Below are positions 36,645 to 48,390 of a stretch of DNA of 64,000 nucleotides, piece by piece. The notes beneath the pieces were generated by a model, which was not told where the DNA came from, searched no databases, and saw only the letters and a program-made list of their open reading frames with translations. The stretch lies in the NCBI GenBank assembly GCA_021613535.1, contig CP075494.1, forward strand, positions 15,996,001 through 16,060,000, given 5' to 3'. A program made the position numbers and the translations under genes. Within the stretch, counting starts at the first letter, position 1. Each line of letters opens with the position of its first letter. Origin of the DNA: Adineta vaga. Taxonomy: Eukaryota; Animalia; Rotifera.

Positions 36645-37436
36645 TTAACAATAATAAAATTCAGAAGAATATTGAGTTTCAGTACTAAATTTAGTCAAAG
36701 TAAGTGATGAATACGAAATGGGAAAAGCAATACTTTGAACAGCAGATCGATCAGTTGAACGAATGGTTAATTGTATTGCTATTGTTGTTGTTGTTCCTTC
36801 TAAAACCATTCTAACTCGAACAAGTACATCGTGTTCACTTCGATAAATACCAGCTAAATGGAGTGTATGTGATGTTACGTTTTCAGCTACTTGATCCGAT
36901 TGTTCACATGGTTGCATTCCAATAGAACTAATGATTTTCTTGTGATACTCGAGAAAACAAACAAAAATAATAGAATAAAATAAGGATAATTAAAAGAAAT
37001 AACGTTCAAGTGTTGGTATTGATAATGTATGAGTATGTTCAAGTTCATTTTCTTCTCCCATTTCTTACCATGAAGCTGACCAGTTTGAATTCAATGCTTT
37101 TCCTATATGATCACTAATTGTTACTTCAACGTTTTCAAGCTATATAAAGAAAATTAAATAGAAGAAATAAAAAATCATGCCACAAATTAATATGGAATAC
37201 CTTCTTCATCATCATCATGTTGATCATTTGCTGGATCAAAATCTTAATTTTATATTTGATTGTACATGATAATCTTTCAATAACAGCTGTTGGATAATCG
37301 AACTAATGTATATGTTGTACCATAGAACTATGACGTTGAATTACTGAACATGGTGTATAATGAACAGTTTCAAAACCTTCATTTGAACCATTCATTTCAA
37401 CAGTTAATTCTTCTAATAATTGACCATCCAATGTAC
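36645..37436 (-). pseudogene. COPG: 5'-truncated, intron-containing fragment of coatomer subunit gamma (appendage domain)
   Basis: TLDGQLLEELTVEM..., LENVEVTISDHIGKALNSNWSASW*EMGEENE and GMQPCEQSDQVAENVTSHTLHLAGIYR...QLTIRS; contains a stop and frameshifts; no upstream COPG exons beyond about 37436. Confidence 0.85.
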
Positions 37437-37475
37437 GTAGGTAAATTTAGCACCATATTTGAGTATTTTTTGTTA

Positions 37476-37727
37476 GGATTCGCTTGAGCACTTGTGCTGT
37501 GTCTAAGAATGGATGTGTTGGATGCAGAATTGAATTCTCTTTCGAATGATGCCAATTTTAATAGGGTCAACGTCCAAAAACTGAAGTTTTCGACGAAAAA
37601 CTAGCGTTTTCGCCCATTTTTTGGACTTAAAACTTTTGTATTTCTTGCCCGGATTCGCTTGAGCACTTGTGCTGTGTCTAAGAATGGATGTGTTGGATTT
37701 AGAATTTAATTCTCTATCAAATGATGT
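37476..37727 (+). repeat. Two ~76-bp direct repeats spaced 175 bp apart
   Basis: ggattcgcttgagcacttgtgctgtgtctaagaatggatgtgttggat is identical at 37476 and 37651. Confidence 0.9.
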
Positions 37728-38232
37728 AGTTTTTGAAAAGGGTCACCGAGAGAAAAAAATCGTCACACCCACACCCACACCCTCAAGAGGGTCAAGCAAG
37801 TCAACCTCGACGAGTGTTATCTTGTGATTTAATAGATTACTTTGTTACTGCAATTCTTTTGTACATGATTAATTATTGTATCGCCAATTATCATTCGCCC
37901 TATTCTAATAACTTCCTTTGAGAAAAAAATGGAACAGAAAGGATATATAATAAAAACTTTTGATTCTTTTATGACCAAAAATGCTTTTCTCATCAAGTAG
38001 AGAAATTACCATATCAGATTGTTTTTTTCATTATTTACAAAATATTTATTAAAATACCATTGTCATTAAAAGACAAAAATAGATTTTTAACAGAATGTCA
38101 TTTAAATAAGAACTTTTAACACAAACAAAACAAATACGCAATTCAGTAAAAAAGAAAATAATTACTTTCTTCTCATAATAACTGTTATTTCTCTCAAAAC
38201 ATTTTAATTGAAATTATTTTTTTATCAAAATC

Positions 38233-41200
38233 ATGCCGGTTGATATTCGACGACGTTTTCTTGAACTAAATCTTTTTAAAAGAAATACTATCGATGAACA
38301 TGAATTACGTATTCAACGATGGTCAACACGCTTATATCTTATTCTATTAATTATAACTATGATGATTTTATTTTTTTATACAATATTACAGATTGAAACA
38401 AGACAAATTATACTAGAACATCCTTCATTAATGACATATATTGATATATATGAAAAATATGGAAATATAAAATGCCCTTGTACAGATATATCGATTCCAT
38501 ATCGAATATTTCTTGTACTTTCACCTATATATCATCAAATTTGTTCAAGTGATTTAGTATCAGAAAAATGGATTGAATTTTTATATGATAAACAAACAAC
38601 AACATTTCGATCTGGAGAAGATTTTCTTGGAGTAAGTTTTAGTCAATTTCAAATTTTAAAATCATTATGTCAAATATCATTGAATGCAATTAACGATGAT
38701 CTTGAAATATTATATCAAAGTCAATTAATATCAGATGAATTATTAAATCAAGATCTTTTTAATACACAAGCTGAAGCTGATATTTCTATATTTCAAAAAA
38801 TAACAGGATCAAAGTTTCTTCGTTCATTAAGATTTATGCGTTCATTTATAATTGGAAATGCACTTACGACTGCTTATTCAACATTTTCTTCTATGTATGC
38901 TCTATACGATAATTCGAGCACACCTTCTTTGTAAGTTTAATTAAAAAAAATAATTCGACCTATTTGATTAATGTTATTCTCTAAACTATGCACTGTATTT
39001 TTTTCTATTTCATCAAATATTTATAATTAATCATTATCATATCATAGTATAGTTAGATATAATTATGATAAGTAGGAAATATTTTGAATAGAAAAAGAAA
39101 CTACAATATTATATCTCTTAAAGATTTATTATTTGGAAAATAAGTTTGTTATTTGTTCATTCATTTTTATAAAATGAATGAACAAATAACGGAAATTATC
39201 ATAAACAATTCATGAATTTTTTGTTCAATGAATATATATAATCATAAAATAGGAATGATTAAATTTTTGAAGACTGCGTTGGTGTTTATGCTCGTCCACA
39301 CATTTTTTTAAATTGAAAAAAGAGAATTATCTATTATAGTGAACGATTGTTTTATATCGAGAAATAAATAAGTATAAGAATAGATTCATAATCAAACGAA
39401 ACATATCATATAAATATTTTTTATTATTATTTTCTTCACTTTGTGTTATTTTCGAACCTCTCTACGTTATCTTCAGTCGGAAACGGAGAATAAGGAAAAT
39501 CGTGTATATCTATAATATCATAATCAGCATATATAGTACTAACACTAGATCTGTGTTCCTCGACTCTGATTATACCTTTCGGTCAGCTCTTATTAAAACA
39601 AAATTTTCAAAAATCGATCTCAAATAATAAACGCCATATATAATGGTGGTTGTATTCATCGATCTTGGTCTTCTCGATATTTTGAATTGAATTTTTATTT
39701 TAGTTATGCAATTGAAATAATAGATTATGTTGATGGTAATTATTCATGTAGTTGTAATTACGATTTTAGTTGTTCTAAACGCGCTGCTTTTTATAACTTC
39801 AATTCATCTAATATTGATAATCAATTGAACGTAATAACATACATTGATGGCTGGAAAGCTGGTTGTTGGCCGTTAGAATCTCTTTTATTTTCAACTCTTG
39901 AAAGTTTTTATAATGAAACAATTTTTAATACAATTGTTTATAATATCAATTCATCTGTATCAATAAATTATTTTCGAACGCTTAACATATCGATTAGAAG
40001 TAATTTTAATCGAAATACTACGATTCAAAATCTTGTTGATCAATTTTTTATTGAAAATTGGTTGAAAACATTAAATTATTCATCATATTTTTCTCAATGT
40101 CAACCACAATTTTGTCAATATACTATTAATCATCGAGCTGAACTTATCTATATAATAACCTCTCTTCTTGGACTTTATGGTGGTTTATCAACTGTTCTTC
40201 ATCTTATTATTCCTTATATCATTAACATTCTTTTGAAAAAATTCAAACGACAATCAACTGTAACATCAAATGAAGATACTAATACGAGTAACTGTTTGTG
40301 TACACATAAATGATTATCAATTAATTTTCTTTTGATTTATTTAGAAAAATCTTTTTATCAATGGTTTGAACATACTGGTAAGACAATTTTATATTTAAAT
40401 CTGTATCGATCATCATTACAAATAACACCAATTGACATAAAACGTCAAACATGGTCAACTCGTGTTTATATAGGACTTCTTTTATATGCTTTATTCATTT
40501 TAAGTTCATATTCAAGTATCAACATGGAAACACGAATTATTCAAATAGATAATCCACCATTAGATATTGTTCAAAAATTAGAAAATTTGGGATATTCTCT
40601 CACATGTCCATGTCAAGATCTATCAGTAGATTATAAATATTTATTTAATTTACAACCAATATTTCATCAAGTTTGTTCAAGTGTATTTGTTACACCTTTA
40701 TGGACTGATTATTTAAACAACATATGGTATTCAACTAACTCCTATCGTGATTTTAATGAATTTGTTATTATTGGTTCTTTTTTATTTTCTGTATTAAGTT
40801 CTCTATGTTCATTATCAAATAATACAGTTAATGATGCACTTTTACAATTTGGACAAACTCAATTAATTACTAATGAACTTCTTCAAATTGATTTATATAC
40901 TAATCAAATAAATTCTTCTATTGAACAATTTAAACTTACATTACCGAATAGTTTCTTACGTTTAAATCAATTATCACGCAGTCTTCTTCATATAAATCAA
41001 TTTATATCATGTCAAACTTCGAATTTTCATTTCGCCACTTATCAAGATACTGAATCATCAATGTATAAATTTATATTAAGAATTCGAGGATATGGTTCAT
41101 TAGCATCGGATGGTTCACGTCAATGTTCATGTGCATTTGATACCACCTGTGAAGATGTTTATGTTGTCAAGTATTATAATGAGAGTATGGCAAAATATCA

Positions 41201-43199
41201 ATCATATACTGTTCCATATTTTCCTCTAAAATGTTTTATTATGGAATCATTATTATCAGCAACACTGGAATGTCTCTATGATAATAATTCATGTTTTGAT
41301 ATGATAGTTAGTAGTACAGTTACAGAATATCCACTTAACAAAAATTGGACTCGATTAAATTCATCATTATTTAGTAATTATCCAATTAATGTTACAATTG
41401 ATAAACTTCTTGAAAATTTATTTATTGAATCATGGTTAACAACAATTTCTTATTCATCCTATTTTAATGAATGTCAACCAATTTATTGCACATATAATAT
41501 TATTCAACATAGAAGTTTATTAGAAATAATTACAGTTATTACTGGTCTTATTGGAGGTTTATCAAAAATATTCAAACTTTTATCTCCATATGTTATTTCA
41601 ATAATTTTTAATCTTATTAATCGTTATCGACAAAGACATTTACCAAGAAATAACAATATTAATCAAAGTAAATTATTCTAATTTAAATCAAGTTATAAGT
41701 ATATGAGACCTTCTAATATTAAACAAAATAAGAGAGATATAAATGGGAATCTTTGAATGTCATTGTATTTAAATAGTTTATCCAGGGACGTAAGTCAGTA
41801 CTTAGAGCAGAGGGGTGTACTTCTAAGTTTAAGAAAGAAACATTCTGTTTTTCAAAAGCAATGGGGATGTCACGCCCCACGCCCTCCCCCTATTTACGCT
41901 ACTGAGTTTATCACTGATTAAAATATTAATAATTTAGATGAAAATATTTCAATACAAAATCGTCTAATTCAATTATTAATGAATATATGGAATGAAATAA
42001 AAATTTTGAATTTATTTCAAAATGAAAATTCATCATTAAATGAAGAAAAAATTTCTATGGAAAAACAATCAACACGTTTATATCTTATTCTTCTTTTATT
42101 GATAACATTAATTCTTTTTACATATACATCACTTATTTATCATAGTAAACAAATTATAGAAAATATATCTTCACTTGATAGTTATATTAAATTTCAAAAC
42201 AAATATAATCATATATCTATTAGTTGTCCATGTACAAAATTATCAACAACTCGTTCAATGTTTTATGAAATAGAACCTAGATTTCATGATGTATGTTCAA
42301 GTGATTTTGTTAGTTATCGATGGATACATTCAACATTTGATATTTATAGAAATTTATCACGATTACCAATAAATGCATTTACTTTTCGTGGTACATCATA
42401 TAGATATTTTAAATCTTTATCAATAATGTGTAATTTAATAAAACAAGCTGCTAATGATGCACGAAGTCTTTTTCATAGTACTTCAATTGTTTCATCTCAA
42501 ATGTTAAATCCTTTAGCATTTGATTTAAATACAAATACAACATTTAAAGATTTTCAATCAACATTATCAAATGATTTCATTCGTAATCTTGATATGTTTC
42601 GTGAACTTACACATGGAAATGGTCATATATCAGTTTATTCAACTGATTGGAATATTGTTGTTCTTAATAGAACTCAACTAAAAAAAATGTATATGACATC
42701 AAATATATATAATCAATGTGATTGTGCTCTATCATTAGAATGTATTCAATATTCAAGACCTTATTTTCCTGGATATTATGTTGGATGTTTATCATTCGAA
42801 GCATTTCTTCGATCAACAATGGAATGTCTTTATGATCAATTATGTGTTGAACAGATGTCAAAAGATCTTAATTTAACTTATTATTTAAATGCACTTAATC
42901 AATCAAATACTCGATTTAATTTAACTACTTCAATATACACTATTATTAAAGATATTTTTATTGAATCATGGATAATTAATGTTTCTTATGAAAAATTTTT
43001 TCAACAATGTCAACCAATTTTATGTTCATTTATATCTCAAGAAAGATATAATTTACTTTATGTTATAACAACATTAGTTGGTCTTTATGGTGGAATTGTT
43101 ATTTTATTAAAACTTTTTGTTCCATTTATCATCAATCAATTGTACAAATACAAATATATATTTCATCTTCACAATCGACGAGTTAATCCATTAAATTGA
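38233..43199 (+). CDS. Three-module (TM/Cys-rich ectodomain/TM)x3 membrane protein, paralog B; 4 exons, 1288 aa, intact
   Basis: Exons 38233-38930, 39704-40287, 40345-41667 and 41938-43199 join in frame. Modules carry STR(L/V)Y, CPC, HxxCSS, ExxLxxTxE, CQPxxC and GL(Y/I)GG. Confidence 0.85.
39148..39190. repeat. Perfect hairpin with 20-bp arms in intron 1 of paralog B
   Basis: gttatttgttcattcatttt-tat-aaaatgaatgaacaaataac. Confidence 0.85.
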
Positions 43200-43739
43200 A
43201 ATAACTAATTTTATTCGTTTATTATTTATTGATTGCTTTTTATGTTCTCTTACTTCTTGTTAAGCTCAATCTGAAACAGAATTGTCAAGTGTGCTAATTT
43301 TCAAACCAATCTGCCAGTGAGAATAAGGAGACAATATCTGCGTTAAAGTTAGATCAACGCCCACCAACATTCGAGAGCGTTCTATCGAATTTGGAGATCT
43401 CTGTATATGTCACTATATCTGATGAATTCGGAGAAATAAATATTTGATTATATTCAATAATTGTATTTTATTCATATTATCCTTAAAAATTGCTACAACG
43501 ATATTGTTCAATATAGAGATGAAATATAATATTTATTTGTGAGTAACAATACCAGACTTATTGCCAAATCCAAATTGAAGTTTCTGTTAAAAATCAGTGG
43601 AGAAACTAACAGATATTTTGACAATAAAAAATGCTCTTGCGATTTTTCTATATTAAACTGAAATTTTCGTTCACAGAACGCTTATATACTATCTTTGAGT
43701 ATCATCACACATATTTTTTTCTCTTGAAGAGTATCGATA

Positions 43740-45052
43740 ATGTCGAAAAAGTCAAGAACGCAATTTTTAGATTTAGAAGATATACCATTACGTTGTATAT
43801 TTCAATATTTATCTATTATTCCGAAAGCATTAATTCAACGAAAAAGTTTTAGTCTTTGTTTAAAAGAGAATCAAATTGAGTTGGTATCAAAATGCTTTTC
43901 AATGGGTAATATTCAAACAATATACTTAATAACAAGATATATCGGTGATGGAGTATCAGCAAATAAATCTTTTCAACTTTCTCAATGTTTAAACAAACTT
44001 TTTCTTCTTCTTCGTAATAAAACAAAAGAAAATGAATGAACTTTAATCTACTCAATTATTGGTCAAAATTATATTTTGCATAATTTAACAATTTTATCAA
44101 TGAATCTTTCACAGAATGATTCGATATTTACTATTTTTCAACGTTTACCTAATTTACAAATATTAAAAGTTAGTTAAAGAAGAGATTTTTCTACTTAAAA
44201 AACAATTTTTTTATCTTTTATTAATTGTAGATGCATATGGAAAATTCCTATTCATATGATGAGAATAACGAAATTGATATTGATATTATAGAATCTTGGT
44301 CTCATTCATCGGATCGCTAAAAGTCTCACTCGACTGAATAGATAAAACAATGAATACGACAATATTAGATGATCAACCATTTTTGACATAATTTGAACAT
44401 GATACAATCGATAAAATGTCTTTGTTATCATCATTTCATTTTCTCATTAAATGAGAAAGAGAAAACTTAGACGGAATTTTTCTAATTGATCCTCAAACAT
44501 TTCAAAACAACAATTGGCAACGATTTGATCATATAGTTCTTTGTCATAATAGAATAATCTATAACGTACCATACAAATATAATTGTGTAAGTATTCTTTT
44601 TAGTTGTTCAATAAATTACTTGAATTTATTGTACACTGGAAACAAACCATCGTCTTTGGTTTTCGAACATGTTCGTACAATTTTATTAACAAGAGAAGAT
44701 CTTAGGTGGTCAATCAATACTTTTCATCTTATACAAAATAGTTTTCCGAATGTTCGAACACTTTATTTTCATTGTAAAATAGAAAATATCGATGATGATT
44801 ATATGCGAACTTATGATATACGATATCCCGAATTATTTGATAATGATTTTCGTAATAACAATCAACTACAACTACTATAAATGTCACTATACAGTTTATT
44901 TAGATATTGAACGTGAACAATTTGATTATTCAACTTTTCTCGTTTTATTTAATCTTTTACCAAATTTAAAAATTATGAAAACAAATCGACCAGATTATGC
45001 CCGAAAATATGTTAAACATTGTTATGATGCTTTTGAAAAGAATATAAATTAG
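43740..45052 (+). pseudogene. Decayed F-box/LRR-like gene
   Basis: F-box-like start TQFLDLEDIPLRCIFQYL and LRR-like pieces (RLPNLQILK, FPNVRTLYF, LPNLKIM), broken by several stops and frameshifts. Confidence 0.6.
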
Positions 45053-45450
45053 ATTGTCTCAAAATCGAATATCTTCATATTCTACAATATATTGATACTT
45101 TAACTGAACGCGTTTTTTATTATCTTTGTGAATGTTAAAATCTTGATCTATTTTTAATTCTTGGATATGATCATAGACTTTGTGTCTTTATTTCCTTTCA
45201 AAAAAAACTGTCCAATTAAATTGAGATAAAAGATACAGCCGGTTTATATAATATGAATTTTACATTGATAATAAATAGAGATTGTTTTGACAATATTTTA
45301 CTGAGTATTTCATTTTTGAAATTCAATATATCATAGAATGACCATACCATTTAATAGATGATCATGGTTTTTATTAGTTTCTCTTATTCTGTCAATTCTT
45401 GTAAATATTTTTAATGTTTGAACGATTATGCATTTTAAAAAAATCACATT

Positions 45451-45535
45451 TTGGGTGGGTGAGAACTTGATATCACCATCATCTTCAGTGTGTGGGTGTG
45501 GGTGGGTGTGGACCGAGGTGTCGGGTGAAATTGAT
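45451..45535 (+). repeat. Telomere-like GT-rich motif followed by half of the GGGTGAAATT palindrome
   Basis: gtgtgggtgtgggtgggtgtggaccgaggtgtcgggtgaaatt resembles the reverse complement of 23392-23431. Confidence 0.55.
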
Positions 45536-46267
45536 TTTACAAAAAAATTTAATTTTTTGTTTTCGAAATTTAATACATATTTGAACAATAATATTTGAGA
45601 GGTTTTCTCGTATATTAAGTTGCCGGATCAATTTGTTTCACTATTGTGACAAGCTAAAAATACTTGTCCTCAACAGTCGAGGGTTAAGTGAGTCGGCACG
45701 TCGAGCGTTACCTGTATTTAAGTATTTGGATTTACTTGAATATGTCTCTTCAGATAATATTAAATCGAGCTTTATTAAATTTCTGATCAAAATCAAGAAC
45801 AAAATGAAAATAAATTTTGGTTTCTCAGAGTCTGCGCATCCTCATAGTTCTTGATATAATTCTTTTTTTCTGTAGGATAAAAAATATTTTCATTTAGTTG
45901 GAAAGGTTATACGGTGAAATATTAATTATCCGATACAAGATTCTTTGGTCTTTTCAACAGACGAATTAATTACCAAAAAAAAAAAGAAAAAGAAAGATAT
46001 GAAACAATTGAAAAAATGATACCGATTAAAAATATTCTTCATGAACAAGAACAAAGATTAGAATTATACTTCAACATTCTTTTCAGTTCATCTTTGACAA
46101 AGAGAATCTAGTTGATCGTGAGCGTATGATATTATCAATACAAACATCTTCTATATATGAGAAAGAGAAAACGATCAATAAATCAATTATTTGATATAAA
46201 ATATTAAAAAAAGTTTGGTTTTATTAAAATAAAAATAAAGTATTTCGGAATAAAAAAAATCAATCAA

Positions 46268-47381
46268 TTAAATCTTTTGTCTAAATTCTAACGGTTTTTT
46301 ATCTTCTAATTCAATATCTTTCAAATCATTTTTAATTCTATGATTATTTTGTTCTTGATGATGCTGATGTAAATAAGAATTAATAATCCAAATATAACCA
46401 ACATAAATCCAAACACCAATAATCGCCCCAATAATTGGACCAATAATTGGAATAAAAAAGAAATAATGATTATCACTAATAAAAGTATTACTCCATCCAT
46501 AAAGAAAAGCACCAAATAGACGTGGACCTAAATCACGTGCCTATTGGAAGAAAAGAATAAAAAGAATTGATTGAAATATGAAATGATTTTCTTACAGGAT
46601 TTAATGCAGCACCAGCATTAACAGAAAAAGCTGATGTTATTCCAATAATAATAAGAACAAATGCAAATGGTTTAGCTACTTCAGATATTAAATGATTTTT
46701 TTTCTAAAATTTCAAATAGAAAATGAAAAACTTTTGAAAATAAAGATATATTACATAAGTAATAGCCATAATATAAATCATAAGAAGAGAAGTGCTTATA
46801 ACTTGATCAATAAAAGTATTAAAATAAGAAATACCTTTTCCAGGCATTGTAAAAAAGATATCAGCTGTTCCATTTGGACCTGTCATTTGTCTTATTCCAC
46901 CATCAAATTCATTAAATTGATTTCGATAAACAGCATAAACAAGAACAGCACCAAAAAATGCACCAAGAATTTGTCCAATAACATAAAATAAACATTGAAT
47001 TGGTTTCAATTTCTTAATTGTCATTAATGAAATACTAACTGCTGGATTTAAATGTGCACCTAAAATTGATTCGATTCAATTTATAAAAAGATTTAAAAGA
47101 AACAAATAATATAATTACCACTAATTGATCCAGCTATCATCAATGCTAAAGAAAAACAGGAAAAGATTTAAATAAATTTCATTTAAAAATGTTAATTAAC
47201 CTGAATAAACACCAACAGCAAATGAAAGACTTATTGGAAGTGTTGAATGTGTTGGTTGACGAGCAAATTTATAATTTGCAATTCCACCTTCACCAATTAA
47301 AATTAAAATACATGTGGCAAAACATTCCGCAACGAATTTAACTGAATAATCTTGAAATTCTTTTTTAGTTAATTTGAACAT
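46268..47381 (-). CDS. Aquaglyceroporin (AQP3/7/9/10-like), multi-exon
   Basis: AECFAT, GAHLNPAVS, GQILGAFFGA, TADIFFTMP, GAALNP/ARDLGPRLF and PIIGPIIGA; the NPARD second motif is typical of glyceroporins. Confidence 0.9.
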
Positions 47382-48390
47382 TTTTTCTTTTGAATAAAAT
47401 CGATTATTCTATTCTATTCTTTTCTTTCGATAATCTATATGATAAATTGCGAATGAATCATTGATTCTTTGTTTTCACAAAGTTCGCTAGATTCATTATT
47501 CAATAAAGATCGAGAAAATGATCAGTGTACAGTTATATTATAGATAAAGATTTCAATGAATAAAATAATTTAATACACCAACGACATCTATATAGTTTTA
47601 TTGGATGTTTTATTCTGATCTTATAGATATTATTGAAACTCATTCTTTTTATTAATAAAATAAAGATCTATAAATATATATTCTTCTTCAAGTAAATTTT
47701 TATGAAATAAATAAATGAAAATACTTTCTTCGTGTAGAAGAAGATTCGTTTTCTTTTGTATTTTATAGAATTTCCTAACGAATTATTCAATATATTTTCG
47801 TTTGATTAAAACGATTCTTTATTTCGTATATTTATCATTAATAAAAGAAGAGAAAAAAGACCATGTGCGTATATTTCTTTTCTTCGTCAAATATCTTTCT
47901 TTCTGTTGGTTAATAAAGAGTAGAAAGAAAAAAAAAACGAAGCATATGTGAATCTATAAATAGTTAATAGAAATTAAACGGATATACTTCATTTCTTTTA
48001 CGTGTTTTTTCTTGTCTCATTTAGTTTAATAATAATTCTTCTATTCGATAAATAATTTTGGAAAAAGAAGACAAATTTCGTTTGAGAAAAATCAGTAAAA
48101 GTCCTTAGATTTTCTCACGTGTTTGCTAAACGTGATCAAAATCTTTTCTTTTTATTTTATTGATATTTCCTTAAGAGAAAAATATTTGCTTTTGGAAAAG
48201 GAAGTTTTTATTTAAATTAAAGTTCTTTTTCCAAAAGAGATTTTCATTTTATTAAAAGAAACTTCTAATTTATGACGTTTTCGACCAAAGTGTTTGAAAG
48301 AAAACTTTTTGTTTTGTCCTTGTTGACCTTTGAGTATAAAATGTATTCGTTTTAGATAAAAGTTCATTGAAAAGAGTGTAAAAGACAAGA

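Larger units (their letters stand above)
35859..37790. mobile_element. Candidate 1.9-kb pack-type element bounded by a 13-bp IR CCTCTTGAGGGTG / CACCCTCAAGAGG and carrying a gamma-COP fragment
   Basis: IRs at 35859-35871 and 37778-37790; subterminal direct repeats near the right end; no transposase ORF. Confidence 0.5.

Noticed and set aside
16734-44454. Genome-wide UGA=Trp genetic code
   Set aside because: Intact genes encode Trp as TGG throughout, and TGA is a genuine terminator at 11797-11799, 17033-17031 and 43197-43199.
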